From Pseudothermotoga sp. (GTDB taxonomy: Bacteria; Thermotogota; Thermotogae; Thermotogales; DSM-5069): a stretch of 18,888 bases of DNA. Each line of letters opens with the position of its first letter. The first letter of the stretch is position 1. The notes beneath the pieces were generated by a model that saw only the letters and a list, made by a program, of their open reading frames with translations, had not been told where the DNA came from and searched no databases. Both the position numbers and the translations under genes were made by a program. Below are positions 18,036 through 18,888 of the stretch, in pieces. The DNA lies in assembly GCA_041640575.1 (NCBI GenBank), contig JBEPZZ010000014.1, forward strand, positions 15,657 through 34,544, written 5' to 3'.

Positions 18036-18086
18036 TTTTCAAACCCCCTTGTTGTAGAATATTGCTGGAAAGATTATACATGGGAG

Positions 18087-18323
18087 ATGAGTATTTTGTG
18101 GAAGGTTCTTTTTGAACAAATTGATTTCACGACGGCAAGTTTAATTAAAGCTCTTCTTGAAGACAACGGTGTAGAAGTCATAGTCAAGGCCGCGAAAGAG
18201 TTTGATCCAGTGATCTTTGGTCAAGGTGGAATGGTTCAAATACTTGTCAAACAAGAAGATTACGAAAAAGCTGAGCAGCTGATAAAGGAGGCGCAATCTG
18301 ATGAACAAAACCCCTCTTTATGA
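18087..18323 (+). CDS. DUF2007 putative signal-transducing (GlnB/PII-like) protein
   Basis: ASLIKALLEDNGV...ILVKQEDYEKAEQLI pattern of DUF2007. Overlaps the gcvT start by 23 nt. Confidence 0.75.
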   Translation: MSILWKVLFEQIDFTTASLIKALLEDNGVEVIVKAAKEFDPVIFGQGGMVQILVKQEDYEKAEQLIKEAQSDEQNPSL

Positions 18324-18888
18324 ACATCAACTTGTCCTTGGTGCTAAAATGGTTGAGTTTGCCGGATGGAATATGCCTTTGCAGTATGAAGGTATAAACG
18401 CTGAAGTGCTTGCGGTCAGAAAGAATATCGGTGTTTTCGATGTATCTCATATGGGAGAAATAATTGTTGAGGGTGAAGGTACCACAACATTTTTGGATTA
18501 TCTTCTGACTAACAATTTTGGCAGTTTGAGGACTGGACAAGTGATGTACACTGTAATGTGCAACGAAAATGGTGGAATAATCGATGACCTTTTGGCTTAT
18601 AAGCTTGGTGAAAACAAAGCAATGCTTGTGGTTAATGCAGCGAATACGAAAAAAGATTATGAATGGTTGAAAAATCATGCGGGAAAGTTCGAAGTTTCTA
18701 TTAAAGATGAAAGTTTTTCCTTTGGACTTCTGGCCGTTCAAGGTCCTGCAGCAGAGAATTTTCTCTCGAGGTATTTACCCGATCTTCCCAGCCTAGCGTA
18801 CTATACCTTTGCAAGTTATGTACTTTTTGGGAAAAATTGCTTAATCTCAAGAACAGGTTACACCGGGGAGGATGGTTTTGAAATCTAT
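18301..18888 (+). CDS. gcvT: Glycine cleavage system aminomethyltransferase T (3' truncated)
   Basis: Not in the ORF track because there is no stop. My translation gives [29 protein letters not shown]...FDVSHMGE...GGIIDD...VVNAAN...AVQGP...[22 protein letters not shown] upstream. Confidence 0.96.
   Translation, partial: MNKTPLYEHQLVLGAKMVEFAGWNMPLQYEGINAEVLAVRKNIGVFDVSHMGEIIVEGEGTTTFLDYLLTNNFGSLRTGQVMYTVMCNENGGIIDDLLAYKLGENKAMLVVNAANTKKDYEWLKNHAGKFEVSIKDESFSFGLLAVQGPAAENFLSRYLPDLPSLAYYTFASYVLFGKNCLISRTGYTGEDGFEIY

Noticed and set aside
18247..18741. 164 aa minus-strand ORF
   Set aside because: Antisense shadow of gcvT.

Overview
Gene-dense core-chromosome window of a Thermotogota bacterium (Thermotoga/Pseudothermotoga-like, judged from the secG-tyrS-ompA-ompB toga locus and from purB-purA-argF and pyk-pfkA / DUF2007-gcvT arrangements that match my recollection of T. 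maritima). The + strand carries argS (partial), an unknown membrane protein, purB, purA, a nitroreductase, argF, tRNA-Met(CAT), secG, tyrS, the toga proteins OmpA and OmpB, lemA and htpX. A cold-shock gene converges on argF. The - strand carries an 8-gene run: pfkA, pyk, histidine phosphatase, OsmC, macrodomain, DUF1844, ychF and divergent PAP2. It is divergent from DUF2007-gcvT; gcvT is partial and missing from the ORF track. I find no mobile element, CRISPR array or defence system, and no clear new biological system. The best leads are a pyruvate kinase with several degenerate conserved motifs, a ~520 bp AT-rich convergent gap holding an orphan palindrome and promoter-like site, an OsmC-macrodomain-YchF sub-operon near the glycine cleavage genes, and the divergent OmpB porin.
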